From positions 8,337 through 72,336 of the forward strand of contig CAWDMF010000039.1 of NCBI GenBank assembly GCA_963803185.1: a DNA stretch of 64,000 nucleotides. Reading direction: 5' to 3'. Below the pieces are notes generated by a model. That model had not been told where the DNA came from. It worked only from the letters and a program-made list of their open reading frames with translations, and searched no databases. Numbering within the stretch: the stretch's first letter is position 1; every line of letters starts with the position of its first letter. Positions 46,763-57,303 of this stretch are shown in pieces. This stretch comes from an uncultured Gammaproteobacteria bacterium. Its GTDB lineage: Bacteria > Pseudomonadota > Gammaproteobacteria > SZUA-229. Position numbers and translations under genes: made by a program.

Positions 46763-47050
46763 ATGTCAATCGAGGTTGATGAAGTTAAAAAAATAGCCAA
46801 ACTGGCTTGTCTAAACGTGGATGAAGCGGACATTCAGTCTTACGCTACCAATTTATCAAATATTCTTGATATGGTTGCACAGATGGAGACTGTTGATACC
46901 ACTGGCGTTACGCCGATGGCTCATCCATTTGATGCTGTACAACGTTTACGTGAAGATGTCGTTACCGATTTGAACCGTCGAGAAGATTTTCTGGCTATCG
47001 CACCAAAAACAAAAGATGGTCTATACCTCGTACCTAAAGTAATAGAATGA
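46763..47050 (+). CDS. gatC: Asp/Glu-tRNA amidotransferase subunit C
   Basis: IAKLACL, LREDVV, LYLVPKVIE; start ATG 46763 after GGAG. Confidence 0.93.
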   Translation: MSIEVDEVKKIAKLACLNVDEADIQSYATNLSNILDMVAQMETVDTTGVTPMAHPFDAVQRLREDVVTDLNRREDFLAIAPKTKDGLYLVPKVIE

Positions 47051-47333
47051 GAACTTTGCACGAAGCATCTTTCCCGTTATAGCGGCGTTACAAATGGTCT
47101 CAAAATGCGGGGCACGAAAAGTGGCAAACTTGGTGTAAACTGCGCTTTTTACTCCGGGCTCCTGCCCTGCGCCCGTTGGGCCAGCAGAGCTGTTCAATTT
47201 GCTCCGGACAACACGTCGACAGTTTTGCCTTGCTTTAACGACTAAATCGTCAGGAACGATTTTGAATGCCAGCCCCGAAGGGGTGAGGCATAGGGATATG
47301 CCGAATAAAAATCTACTATCGTGCAAAGCTCTC
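47049..47333. mobile_element. MITE-like element with two inserted hairpin modules, between gatC and gatA
   Basis: GAGAACTTTGCACGA ... TCGTGCAAAGCTCTC; AGAAT on both flanks; modules at 47151-47217 and 47240-47306. Confidence 0.8.
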
Positions 47334-47354
47334 AGAATGATCAGGAAAAAATTA

Positions 47355-48845
47355 ATGAGTAGTAGTTATCATACTAAAACAGTCACTGAATTGTCCGCCA
47401 TGTTGCGCTCTGGTGAAGTCAGTAGCGTTGAGTTAACACGGTATTTTCTCGATCGCATCAAAAATAACGACGACAAACTAAATAGTTTTATTACCCTCTG
47501 TGAAGAACAGGCGTTAGCACAGGCTGCCGATGCGGATGCGAAATTAAAAGCCGGTAATGCACCCGCATTGACCGGTGTACCGATTGCGCACAAAGATATT
47601 TTTTGTACAAATGGCGTGAAAACCAGTTGTGGCTCAAAAATGCTGGATAATTTTATTTCACCGTATGATGCCACCGTGGTAACAAATATGCGTGCGGCAG
47701 GTGTGGTGATGTTGGGTAAAACCAATATGGATGAATTCGCCATGGGTTCATCAAATGAGACCAGTTATTACGGTGCAGTAAAAAACCCCTGGAACTTAAA
47801 AGCAGTGCCTGGTGGTTCTTCCGGTGGTTCGGCGGCAGCCGTTAGCGCACGCCTTGCCCCCGCAGCAACTGGAACAGACACCGGTGGTTCGATTCGTCAG
47901 CCGGCTGCATTTTGCGGCATTACCGGTTTAAAACCGACCTATGGTCGTGTTTCCCGATTTGGCATGATCGCTTTTGCCTCCAGTCTTGACCAGGCAGGCC
48001 CGATGGCGCAGGACGCCAGTGACTGTGCATTATTATTAAACGCGATGGCGGGTTTTGATGAAAAGGATTCGACCAGTATCGAAAAAGATGTGCCTGATTA
48101 TTCAGCTGATCTGAATAAACCACTTCAAGGTTTAAGAATCGGTTTACCTAAAGAGTACTTCAATATTAAACAGGGTGGCATGGATGCGGGCGTTGAAGCA
48201 GCAATCAAAACTGCACTTGATCAATATAAAACAATGGGCGCCGAATTAATTGACATTGAACTGCCTAACAGCAGTTTGTCTGTGCCTGTTTATTATGTTG
48301 TCGCCCCCGCGGAATGTTCGGCGAACTTATCACGTTTTGATGGCGTGCGTTATGGCTACCGTTGCGATGATCCAAAAGATTTAAATGATCTGTACACCCG
48401 TTCACGTGGTGAGGCTTTTGGTGCAGAAGTACAGCGTAGAATTATGGTCGGTGCTTATGCCCTGTCATCAGGTTATTACGATGCGTATTACTTAAAAGCA
48501 CAACAGTTACGCCATTTAATCAGTGATGATTTCAAAAAGGCTTATGAAAAAGTGGATGTCATTATGGCGCCGGCAACACCGGGAACGGCGTTTAACATTG
48601 GTGAAAAAACCGATGACCCTATATCCATGTATCTGTCAGATATTTTTACCATAGCAGTCAATCTTGCTGGCATACCGGCAATGTCGATTCCGGTCGGTTT
48701 TGCTACTACGAGTTCAGGTGAAAGCATGCCAGTTGGTATGCAGATTATGGGTAACTATTTTGAAGAAGCAAAATTACTGAACGTGGCACACCAGTATCAG
48801 CAGCAAACCGACTGGCATAAACAAATGCCAGAGGAGTTTAAGTAA
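47355..48845 (+). CDS. gatA: Asp/Glu-tRNA amidotransferase subunit A
   Basis: [32 protein letters not shown]; start set at ATG 47355 because the upstream ORF extension lies in repeat DNA. Confidence 0.96.
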   Translation: MSSSYHTKTVTELSAMLRSGEVSSVELTRYFLDRIKNNDDKLNSFITLCEEQALAQAADADAKLKAGNAPALTGVPIAHKDIFCTNGVKTSCGSKMLDNFISPYDATVVTNMRAAGVVMLGKTNMDEFAMGSSNETSYYGAVKNPWNLKAVPGGSSGGSAAAVSARLAPAATGTDTGGSIRQPAAFCGITGLKPTYGRVSRFGMIAFASSLDQAGPMAQDASDCALLLNAMAGFDEKDSTSIEKDVPDYSADLNKPLQGLRIGLPKEYFNIKQGGMDAGVEAAIKTALDQYKTMGAELIDIELPNSSLSVPVYYVVAPAECSANLSRFDGVRYGYRCDDPKDLNDLYTRSRGEAFGAEVQRRIMVGAYALSSGYYDAYYLKAQQLRHLISDDFKKAYEKVDVIMAPATPGTAFNIGEKTDDPISMYLSDIFTIAVNLAGIPAMSIPVGFATTSSGESMPVGMQIMGNYFEEAKLLNVAHQYQQQTDWHKQMPEEFK

Positions 48846-50275
48846 TGAGCTGGGAAGTCGTCATCGGACTGGAAATACACGCCCAGTTAGCAACCAAATC
48901 AAAAATTTTCTCTGGCGCCAGTACCGCCTATGGAGCGGAACCAAATACCCAGACCAGTGTGGTGGATATCGCGTTGCCGGGTGTGCTGCCGGTTTTAAAT
49001 AAAGAAGCAGTGCACATGGCCGTTAAATTTGGCATGGCGATTGATGCTGAAATCGCCGACCGTTCGGTATTTGCACGGAAGAATTATTTTTATCCGGATT
49101 TGCCCAAAGGTTATCAAATTTCACAGTTTGATTTACCCATAGTTGGTCTGGGTTCGATCAATATTGAGCTGGAAAATGGTCAAACAAAAACCATTGGCAT
49201 TACCCGCGCACACCTTGAAGAAGATGCCGGTAAATCACTGCATGAAGATTATGCCGGCATGACCGGCATTGATCTAAACCGTGCCGGTACCCCGCTGCTG
49301 GAAATAGTTTCTGAACCCGATATGCGCAGTGCCAGGGAGGCAGTTGCCTACATGAAAAAAATTCATACCCTGGTGCAATACATCGGTATTTGTGACGGTA
49401 ACATGCAGGAAGGTTCTTTCCGTTGTGATGCCAATGTGTCGGTGCGACCCAAAGGACAGGAAGAATTTGGTACCCGCGCCGAACTGAAAAACATTAACTC
49501 CTTCCGCTTTGTTGAGCGTGCAATCAATATAGAAGTCGAACGCCAGATTGATTTAATTGAAGACGGTGGTGAAGTGGTTCAGGAAACCCGCCTGTATGAT
49601 TCAGTTAAAAATGAAACACGTTCAATGCGCAGTAAAGAAGAAGCCAATGATTACCGCTACTTTCCGGACCCTGATTTACTGCCGGTTATGATTACTGAAG
49701 AATATCGTCAGCAAGTTCGCGCTGAACTGCCCGAACTGCCTGAGCAGAAACAACAGCGATACATGGATGAACTGGGTCTGTCGGCCTATGATGCGAGCGT
49801 GATAACGTCGTCACTTGCCTTGTCTACTTATTTTGAAGTGGTTGCAGAAAAAACCAGTGATGCAAAATTATCCGCCAACTGGATTACCGGTGAATTATCC
49901 GCCCGGCTGAATCGTGAAGAAATCGAAATACAGGATGCTGCAGTTGATGCCGAAGCCTTTTCCCTGTTATTGCAACGCATTAAAGACAACACCATTTCAG
50001 GGAAAATTGCCAAAGATGTGCTGGACGCCATGTGGAACGGAGAGGGCAGTGCGGATGAAGTGATTGCAAGTAAAGGCCTGAAGCAAATTACCGATACTTC
50101 TGCGATTGAAGCTTTTGTTGATGAAGTGATCGCCAATAACCCCGCACAGTTTGCAGAACTGATAGGCGGTAAAGATAAAATGATGGGGTTCTTTGTCGGC
50201 CAGGTAATGAAAATGTCCAAAGGCAAAGCCAACCCTGCGCAGGTGAATGAACTTATTCGCAGTAAGATGAAATAG
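48845..50275 (+). CDS. gatB: Asp/Glu-tRNA amidotransferase subunit B
   Basis: [43 protein letters not shown]. Confidence 0.97.
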   Translation: MSWEVVIGLEIHAQLATKSKIFSGASTAYGAEPNTQTSVVDIALPGVLPVLNKEAVHMAVKFGMAIDAEIADRSVFARKNYFYPDLPKGYQISQFDLPIVGLGSINIELENGQTKTIGITRAHLEEDAGKSLHEDYAGMTGIDLNRAGTPLLEIVSEPDMRSAREAVAYMKKIHTLVQYIGICDGNMQEGSFRCDANVSVRPKGQEEFGTRAELKNINSFRFVERAINIEVERQIDLIEDGGEVVQETRLYDSVKNETRSMRSKEEANDYRYFPDPDLLPVMITEEYRQQVRAELPELPEQKQQRYMDELGLSAYDASVITSSLALSTYFEVVAEKTSDAKLSANWITGELSARLNREEIEIQDAAVDAEAFSLLLQRIKDNTISGKIAKDVLDAMWNGEGSADEVIASKGLKQITDTSAIEAFVDEVIANNPAQFAELIGGKDKMMGFFVGQVMKMSKGKANPAQVNELIRSKMK

Positions 50276-50283
50276 AAAAATTG

Positions 50284-50378
50284 ACCGCAGAGGTGCAGAG
50301 AAAAACATATTTTATTGCTAATTAAGCCGAAGGCTTAATTAACAATAAAAAAATTCGGCGTCTCTGTGCCTCCGCGGT
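50284..50378. repeat. GCAGAG-type palindromic repeat
   Basis: ACCGCAGAGGTGCAGAGA ... TCTCTGTGCCTCCGCGGT; inner TAATTAAGCCGAAGGCTTAATTA. Confidence 0.75.
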
Positions 50379-50407
50379 GAACAGTTTTAGTTTTTAAGGT
50401 TTAAATA

Positions 50408-50737
50408 ATGAACGAAGCAGAATTTCAGGAAATTGCCGATCAAACCATTGAAGATATTCAGGATGCGATTGATAAAAGCGGTGCCGACATTGACTATGAT
50501 GAAGTTGGTGGTGTATTAACGCTGGAATTTGAAAATGGCAGCAAGATCATCTTTAGCAAGCAGGGTGCAATGAATCAATTATGGATGGCAGCCAGGTCAG
50601 GTGGTTTTCATTTTGATTACCAGCAAGCTAGCGAACAGTGGCTGTGTGATAGTGGTGATAAAGAAGAACTGTATGAAATGCTGTCTCGATTATCAAGTGA
50701 GCAGGCGGGTGAAACCGTTAGTTTGTCAGCCCCTTAG
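50408..50737 (+). CDS. cyaY: Iron donor protein CyaY (frataxin)
   Basis: MNEAEF, GGVLTLEFENGSKII, QLWMAARSGGFHF. Confidence 0.93.
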   Translation: MNEAEFQEIADQTIEDIQDAIDKSGADIDYDEVGGVLTLEFENGSKIIFSKQGAMNQLWMAARSGGFHFDYQQASEQWLCDSGDKEELYEMLSRLSSEQAGETVSLSAP

Positions 50738-50847
50738 TTGAAATTAGTATTTGCCGCGAAGGACGTGCACGAGTGAAACGACGAATGTGTGTAGCAAAAC
50801 ATGTCCGCACTGAAAAATAGATAACTATTTATCGAGTGAGCGCGTAG

Positions 50848-51339
50848 ATGTTATCTATAGAGCAAAAAAAATTCAGAGATGATTTTTTATCGCCATTAAA
50901 ACAGCGACTTTTTTATTTAAAAAGTTTACCAATGGGTGTGATTAGCGGGATCAGGTTAATTCATTTAGATGAAAAAAAATCAGTCAGCGTAGTGCCTTTT
51001 CGCTGGTGCAATAAAAACCCGTTTAGATCAATGTACTTCGCGGTGCAGAGCATGGCAGCGGAACTGTCGACTGCTGCACCTGCTTTAATGGCATTGAAAG
51101 GCAACGATGCTAATGTCGCCTATATTATTGTTGACTTAAAAGCAGAGTTCTTTAAAAAGGCGCAATCAAAAGTTACTTTTTCCTGCCTGGATTACGACAA
51201 ATTTCATAACGCTATTTCTCAGCTGAGCCAGCCTGACGATACGGTAACGGTCACCGCTAAATCAGTGGGCAAAGATGCTGAAAATAGCCAGGTTGCACTG
51301 TTTTATTTCACCTGGTCGTTTAAAGTAAGGCCAGGATGA
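50848..51339 (+). CDS. Hotdog-fold thioesterase-like protein (DUF4442-like)
   Basis: NKNPFRSMYFAVQSMAAELST, AEFFKKA, FTWSFK. Confidence 0.75.
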   Translation: MLSIEQKKFRDDFLSPLKQRLFYLKSLPMGVISGIRLIHLDEKKSVSVVPFRWCNKNPFRSMYFAVQSMAAELSTAAPALMALKGNDANVAYIIVDLKAEFFKKAQSKVTFSCLDYDKFHNAISQLSQPDDTVTVTAKSVGKDAENSQVALFYFTWSFKVRPG

Positions 51340-51501
51340 AATATTGCTAAGGTGGTCACGAATTTTGTGTTTACGCGTTAATCTAGCGAAAACTTAATTT
51401 CTATCAAGCAAAAGTCCATGGGTTGTTATACAGCGATTAAAAATCGCTAGACTAAATTACTTCTGACTCATTAATAGTAAACCAGTTTAAGTAAATGTTA
51501 A

Positions 51502-52341
51502 TCATAACTGGCGGATATTATTATGCTTTGATTTAAGGCTTTCCAGGTTAAGTGGTTTACACATATAGAAACCCTGCAGTTGATCACATCCCATTTTAAT
51601 TAATTGATCTCGTTGATAGGCGCATTCAATACCTTCTGCCACAACCTTTATGCCCAATTCATGCGCGAGTTTAATTAAGTGATCAATTAAAACATCAGTG
51701 CGACCGCTGTAACCAATTTTGTCAGTGAAACTACGGTCAATTTTTATATAGTTGATGGGGGTTTCACCAAGGTTATACAGCGGTGAAAAACATACTCCAA
51801 GGTCATTTAGGCTGATCCTGGAACCGCGTTCGATAACGGTGTTGCAAAATATCTTTACTTTTCTAGCATCGTTTATAGCCGTGCTTGCGGTTATCTCAAA
51901 TTCGAAATCAGACATTTTTAGCTGATACGATTCACAAATAGAAAGCAGCTTTTGCGTATGGTGAAGACTTTCACACTCCAGTGGAGAAATGTTAACCGCA
52001 ATTTTGATGTTTTTGTCGACATCAGCGCGTAGTTGTAACAGGTCGTGACAGCATCTCTTGAACACCCACAGGTCAAGGTCGAAAATCAGACCGTGTTTAA
52101 TTGCCTTATCGATAAACTCGTTGGGGTAAACAGTACCGACACCCTTACGACTCCATCGAACAAGTGCTTCAAAAATGGTTATTAGTCCGGTAGATGCGTC
52201 GTATCTTGGTTGATACTCAAGATTGAGTTCATCATTCTGGATAGCGTGGTGCAATGCCCGAAGAAAATCTTCATTTTTTTGTTCTCCAAATTCCCTTGAG
52301 GAGTATTCGCTTGTTGTTTTTGTTTCACTTAGATTGTTCAT
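51502..52341 (-). CDS. Stand-alone EAL domain protein, degenerate
   Basis: YQP, FEALVRW, AVNIS, IKIDRSF, VAEGIE, LQGFY; EITE replaced by EITA and DDFG by NDLG. Confidence 0.88.
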   Translation of the reverse strand: MNNLSETKTTSEYSSREFGEQKNEDFLRALHHAIQNDELNLEYQPRYDASTGLITIFEALVRWSRKGVGTVYPNEFIDKAIKHGLIFDLDLWVFKRCCHDLLQLRADVDKNIKIAVNISPLECESLHHTQKLLSICESYQLKMSDFEFEITASTAINDARKVKIFCNTVIERGSRISLNDLGVCFSPLYNLGETPINYIKIDRSFTDKIGYSGRTDVLIDHLIKLAHELGIKVVAEGIECAYQRDQLIKMGCDQLQGFYMCKPLNLESLKSKHNNIRQL

Positions 52342-52396
52342 GGCGATTACTCACTTTATTTAAGTGGTTAAAACCCCAGATGAAGAGCTAAAAACA

Positions 52397-52408
52397 CACA
52401 TCCCTGTG
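52397..52408 (-). promoter_or_regulatory. Candidate CsrA/RsmA site upstream of the EAL gene
   Basis: Minus strand CACAGGGATGTG hairpin matches ACANGGANGU, about 55 nt before the start codon. Confidence 0.45.
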
Positions 52409-52436
52409 TTTACTATCACCTAGCAAAAAAACTTAA

Positions 52437-53960
52437 TCAGGGTGTTTCTATGTCGATTTCATCGGCAACTCCGAGTTCAGGCCGGTCATTCCTGTCTTTT
52501 ATTTTGACAAGTTGTGGTGTGGTAGGTGAAATAGCATTAATTAAAGTATTGATCTGAGCAGTGCTCAGGTTCTGGTCATTTTCATCCTCGAAATCAGTAA
52601 TGGTGCCATCATCAAAACTAAATGTCACACCAAGCACAGTCATGGTTCCACCTGTCGAATCACCTGTGGCTTCTGTGGCATTACCTTGTACGATAACGTC
52701 ATCTGGCTCTTTTACATCCACTTCAGTTGCGGTTATACCACCATTGCCATCATCAAAACCGCGGATTTCTACAAAACCAGGATTATTGAAAAGATGGGTT
52801 AAAGTATATGGTTCGATTTCAGTCACATCATCTTGCAGTTGGGTGTCGGTTGTTACTGTGACAGTGATTGGTGGTTGTCCCAGTACAGGTGTAACGGTAA
52901 AAGTATTTGCAGCTACATCAACTGAGGTAACAGGCGCATGTACTTTTATCGTGCCATCTTCAAGCTTAATTTCTTTTGCGATTAATGTGCCATTAACAAT
53001 CGCGCCTTCTGCCTCAATATGAAGATCATTTGCCAGGGTTAATGTAGCAGGTACACGTGTTGTTACGTTGCTTGCATCAATACTAATTCCAGCAATCTTA
53101 AAGCTGCTGTCGTCTACATAATCAGTAATGATTCCTTCAAGTTCGAACTCGTCGGTATCATCTACTGAGTTGTTTTCAGCTTCCACTTTAGTTGCTGTAA
53201 TCTCTTTTGTTACAGTATCAAATGTGCCTTTAACCTCAACCAGCAGTCCATTAGCTAATCCATTTGGTAGATCGTCAAGAGCCGCATTTAATGCATCAAC
53301 AGTGAATTCGCTTGGATTTCCTAAGTCAAAATCAGTGTTGTTTAAATTCGCTATTGTGCCCTTAATTTCAACAATACTGTTTGCATCAAAAGTAATATTT
53401 TTAAGTTCAACACGTGTAGCCTGGAGGGTGCCATTTGAATCGAAGAAGCCACTGATTTCAACATTGTTAAGCTCAGCAATCGTGTCAAAATTGAAAATGG
53501 TACCTGGTGGCACGTTATCTTTAGCGGAGATATCAAATGTAGTGCTGCCACCATCAATAATGACAGTTGTCCCTAATACAGTAAATGTGCGTTTTATACC
53601 GTCAGCATCAGGTGCGCTTAATGAGGTAACAGGTCCCTGTATTTCGTCATCGAAACTAATGCTGGTTGCAGTGCCGGTTATGCCATCATCATTAATGCTA
53701 CCGTTAACTTTTACCACCATGCCGATTGCCAGGTCGTCCTGGCTACCACTGCCGCTGTCGTCGATGTCAAACGTTGTGCTGCCGGTTTCAAACTCCACAC
53801 CATTAACAAACACGCTGCCAAAACCGGTAACACTGCCGGATGAGGTAAAACCTGAGCCGCCAATGCCGGCGACACTGCTACCATCAGCGCCACCACCACA
53901 GGCAGCAAGGGTTAATGCTATTGCGGCACTTAAGGCGCTTTTTGTAAGAAATGTGTTCAT
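52437..53960 (-). CDS. DUF5666 domain lipoprotein
   Basis: Lipobox LAAC, GIGGSG...G.VTGFGSVFVNGV, repeated VE..G......A..VE beta units. Confidence 0.85.
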   Translation of the reverse strand: MNTFLTKSALSAAIALTLAACGGGADGSSVAGIGGSGFTSSGSVTGFGSVFVNGVEFETGSTTFDIDDSGSGSQDDLAIGMVVKVNGSINDDGITGTATSISFDDEIQGPVTSLSAPDADGIKRTFTVLGTTVIIDGGSTTFDISAKDNVPPGTIFNFDTIAELNNVEISGFFDSNGTLQATRVELKNITFDANSIVEIKGTIANLNNTDFDLGNPSEFTVDALNAALDDLPNGLANGLLVEVKGTFDTVTKEITATKVEAENNSVDDTDEFELEGIITDYVDDSSFKIAGISIDASNVTTRVPATLTLANDLHIEAEGAIVNGTLIAKEIKLEDGTIKVHAPVTSVDVAANTFTVTPVLGQPPITVTVTTDTQLQDDVTEIEPYTLTHLFNNPGFVEIRGFDDGNGGITATEVDVKEPDDVIVQGNATEATGDSTGGTMTVLGVTFSFDDGTITDFEDENDQNLSTAQINTLINAISPTTPQLVKIKDRNDRPELGVADEIDIETP

Positions 53961-53978
53961 CGTTCTTTCTCCCGAACC

Positions 53979-54770
53979 CTAGTGTTCGTAATAATGAATG
54001 CCCAGGCTGACGTAATGTGCATTTTCGTCATCCGATTCAACTTCATTTTGTGTCAGCCATGCATCGAGTTTTTCGAGCAAAGTCTGTGATTCTTTAAATG
54101 ATAATTTTTTAAACTCTTCTACAGCGTTTTTATTGAGTTGCGTGCTTGAAACTTTTCGTTGAAAACGTTTGTTATCGTCTTCATCAATTAAGTTGTGATC
54201 GATGGTATTCAATAATTCGCTGGTGTCTGTGCCTAATATACGAATAATTTCTACGGAATCTTTTCCAGGCACGTAGGCAAGTTTGATTAAATGTACTTTG
54301 TTGTCTTTTACTTTTACGCACTCAGCCTTGAGTAAAAGATCCAGCATGGCTTTGGGGGTAATGTCGCCACTGTATTGTTTAACCAGGTCAGCGAAGGAAC
54401 CCTCTTCGTCGGTCAGTGGTAACACTCTGGGATTGTCTAGTTCGTCAGTGAAGTCCTTTGCATTTACCCAGCCACTGATAACGCGGACTGCACGGTTATA
54501 TTTTTGCTCAACATCCGGGCGATGTGCCTGTTCCAGTTCATTTAAGCGTTTGACTTCTTTACGGGATAAACCGGTTTGTGCAGAAACACTGGATACGGTT
54601 GTTTTTTGCTGTTTCTTTTTGCCGATTGCAAAAGCTTCATCGACATAGGCTTTACGCACCAGCTCTTCGAAACTACCGCAGGAGACGCCGTTACGAAGCA
54701 TGACGCGCACCAGTGGACGCAGAATCTTCATTGCGCTTTCGTTTATAATTGTTTGTATGTCTTTACTCAT
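53979..54770 (-). CDS. DUF6502 family protein with HTH-like segment
   Basis: LRPLVRVMLRNGV, SSVSAQTGLSRKEVKRL, RVISGW, SFADLV..YSGDI; start set at ATG 54770. Confidence 0.82.
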   Translation of the reverse strand: MSKDIQTIINESAMKILRPLVRVMLRNGVSCGSFEELVRKAYVDEAFAIGKKKQQKTTVSSVSAQTGLSRKEVKRLNELEQAHRPDVEQKYNRAVRVISGWVNAKDFTDELDNPRVLPLTDEEGSFADLVKQYSGDITPKAMLDLLLKAECVKVKDNKVHLIKLAYVPGKDSVEIIRILGTDTSELLNTIDHNLIDEDDNKRFQRKVSSTQLNKNAVEEFKKLSFKESQTLLEKLDAWLTQNEVESDDENAHYVSLGIHYYEH

Positions 54771-54772
54771 AA

Positions 54773-54788
54773 TGGGATTATAATCCCA
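54773..54788. promoter_or_regulatory. Perfect 16-bp palindrome, candidate operator
   Basis: TGGGATTATAATCCCA, 2 bp upstream of the DUF6502 start. Confidence 0.55.
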
Positions 54789-55039
54789 AATTAATAAAGA
54801 AGTCAATCTGTTTATTTTTTAAAAATACAATTATTTTATTTATGGCACTTTTTTATAATAAATCCGGTAAAAAAGAGTCTTCTGTGCCTGCTGTTTTTTT
54901 TACCTGTCTCGGTGGTGATTATTGTTATTTTGCCTGTACCAATCGGTAGGGAGTATGAAAAACAACTGTGATAACCATGCGCTGATGGTGCCTGGCCGAC
55001 CGCTTGTTAAACCAGGTTGTAAGCGATTGTATTCGGGAT

Positions 55040-55730
55040 TCATGCAGTAAGTAATGATGGCTTTATTCGTCTGACACTTAACGGTCGGCATAGTAAAAAG
55101 CCCTGAAGATGGTCACAGCCCAGATTGGACATAAAAGCGCATTGCGCACTCTTTTCTATGCCTTCTGCAATGACATGAACTTTTATGTCTTTTGCTATTT
55201 TAACCAGCGAGCAAATAAAACCTTCAGAATTTGTTGATTTGCCTATGCCATGTATCAAATTATCTATTGATTATGATTGTATTGGTTAAACGCCACAATT
55301 TGAGGATAGGAGATAGCCCTGTCGCAAAATCATCAAGACTAAAATTGACACCATAATTTTCCAGGGCTTCGCAAAATGAAGTGAATGTTGGCATATCGTG
55401 AGTGTGCGCACAGCCTGTCATATCAAACTCAAAATTTGAAATGTGGACGCCATATTTATCACTGAGTTTGCTTATTTTTTGAAAATAAGAAATATCCTCA
55501 CATTCTTGTACCGAAATATTAATGGATATTTTTACTTGTGTATGAATATTTTCATGTAACCAGAGTAAGTCTTTACAACAATGTTCAAATACCCATAAAA
55601 TCCAGGTTAAAGATTAAGCCATTCTTTTCTGCTTCTGAAATAAAAACGTCTGGATAGAGCATCCTCTCATTTTATATTTATCCATAAGCCTGTCCGCATA
55701 ATAAAATAGAGACTTCCAGGGCAATCATTT
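55040..55730 (-). pseudogene. Disrupted EAL domain gene, paralog of 51502-52341
   Basis: LYPDVFISEAEKNGLIFNLD / LWVFEHCCKDL / LDDFATG / VIAEGIE / LQGF across several frames with stops. Confidence 0.8.
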
Positions 55731-55795
55731 TTGGAAATGGCATTACCATTTGATGACAAAAATCTTTTACCCTGTTTCCTGAACGTGCTAGTTAC

Positions 55796-55813
55796 ATGGG
55801 AATTTATTCCCAT
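55796..55813. promoter_or_regulatory. Second TGGGA-N6-TCCCA palindrome
   Basis: ATGGGAAT-TT-ATTCCCAT upstream of the disrupted EAL gene. Confidence 0.5.
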
Positions 55814-56025
55814 TGATAATAAAAGTCAATCGTTTTTTCTTAAGACGTAACGTCCATGAACATCAAACATAGTCGCAGTGTGTCACTTACCCAGCGATTG
55901 CTACCGCATCCAGTGAATGCCGGTACCAGGATTGATGTTACGAATATTATCGGCCTGGTTTTTTTTCATCTAGCGGGCCATATACTGGGGAGTGTGGGAG
56001 TGCATGTATACAGGAGGTACGGGCA

Positions 56026-56300
56026 GATAATTGCTCCTGCATTGTCCTGATAAGTTACATCCATGTAACGATGCAATATCTACACTTCCACCATCCATGG
56101 TGGTCGTATTCGGGTAACGCATATGTCAATGGTTGAAAATTGCTCCTTGCATTTTCCACACTTCCCACATCTGACCACCATGGATGGAGGAAATGCAATA
56201 GGATTGAAGGAGCAATCCTTGCCATGTGGGTCGGATGGACGGTAGTAGGGCAACGCAGGAGCGGTTGTCGAGGAGAGGTTACAGAGGAGCAAATACCGAG
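56026..56300. repeat. Mosaic of ATGGAT/GCAGGAGC hairpin modules
   Basis: At least five related modules in both orientations, two inserted inside others. Confidence 0.75.
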
Positions 56301-56481
56301 CCACTGTTTTCAGTGTATACCGTTTATTGTTAATCGATCATTTTTTATTATATTCATAATCTTGAGCTATATAATCAGTGTTGCCATGAAATATCCAGGT
56401 TAACCATAACAATATGCCTGATATTTTTCTGTAGGGTGCTGTAAACAGGTTGGATGCACAATAACAATTGATGGAATATCA

Positions 56482-57303
56482 ATGATAAAAAGAAAGTTTG
56501 ATTGGTTGCATTGGTATTTGGTCTTTAGTGGTATAGCTCTGACTGGCACAGAAGCGGTTGCCGAGAAGTCGACATGGGAACTGGGTATAGGGCTGGCTGC
56601 GCTCAATATACCGTTCTATCCGGGGTCTTCAGAAAGTACAACCTATCTTGTGCCCGTTCCACATGTTCTTTATCGCTCTGAAAATATTGAAGTTGATAAT
56701 GGTTTGCAGGCAACTTTTTTAAAAACTGAAAAGGTACGCATCGATTTAAGCGCAGATTTTGGCGTACCGGTGAACAGTGAAGAAAGCATTGCCCGTCAGG
56801 GCATGCCGGATATTGACCTGGTTATACAGATAGGCCCTTCAGTCGAAGTCACATTGGCGGGCGGGCGTTTTAAACCCAGTCATACCCGCCTGGAGCTTCC
56901 GGTGCGCGCAGCTGTGGCGACAGACTTTAGTTCTGCGCAGCATGTAGGCTGGATATTTGAACCGCGTTTAACCTATGAAACACGCCGGCCTCAAAAAACT
57001 GGTTTTGCTTATTTGTTTTCGGGCGGGCTACGATTTGCCACAGAAGATTACAATGATTATTACTATGGAGTTGATCCGGCTTTTGCCACACCTATACGTC
57101 CAGCGTATGATGCAGATCAAGGTTATAGTGGGCTGTTCATTGATGCCATTGCTAACTGGCGCACGCATAATTTAATTTATTTTGCATTTGTGCGTTATCA
57201 AAATCTTGCTGGTGCAACGTTTGAAAACAGTCCGCTTGTTGAACAGAATAATTACTTTTTTGTTGGGGCGGGTGTGACATGGGTCTTTGCCCGTAATTTT
57301 TAA
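56482..57303 (+). CDS. MipA/OmpV family outer membrane protein
   Basis: WELGIG, PFYPGS, ARQGMPD, YYYGV, NSPLV; C-terminal Phe. Confidence 0.85.
   Translation: MIKRKFDWLHWYLVFSGIALTGTEAVAEKSTWELGIGLAALNIPFYPGSSESTTYLVPVPHVLYRSENIEVDNGLQATFLKTEKVRIDLSADFGVPVNSEESIARQGMPDIDLVIQIGPSVEVTLAGGRFKPSHTRLELPVRAAVATDFSSAQHVGWIFEPRLTYETRRPQKTGFAYLFSGGLRFATEDYNDYYYGVDPAFATPIRPAYDADQGYSGLFIDAIANWRTHNLIYFAFVRYQNLAGATFENSPLVEQNNYFFVGAGVTWVFARNF

Noticed and set aside
47199-47354. N-terminal extension of GatA in the ORF track
   Set aside because: It falls in the inserted element; the conserved protein begins at ATG 47355 after an AGGA RBS.
53128-53982. 284-aa plus-strand ORF and similar long antisense ORFs (e.g. 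40258-40902, 36313-36837)
   Set aside because: Shadow frames opposite well-supported genes.
55594-55610. Match to the CTAG mini-MITE end (AAATCCAGGTTAA)
   Set aside because: Explained as EAL coding sequence (FNLD) shared with the paralog.
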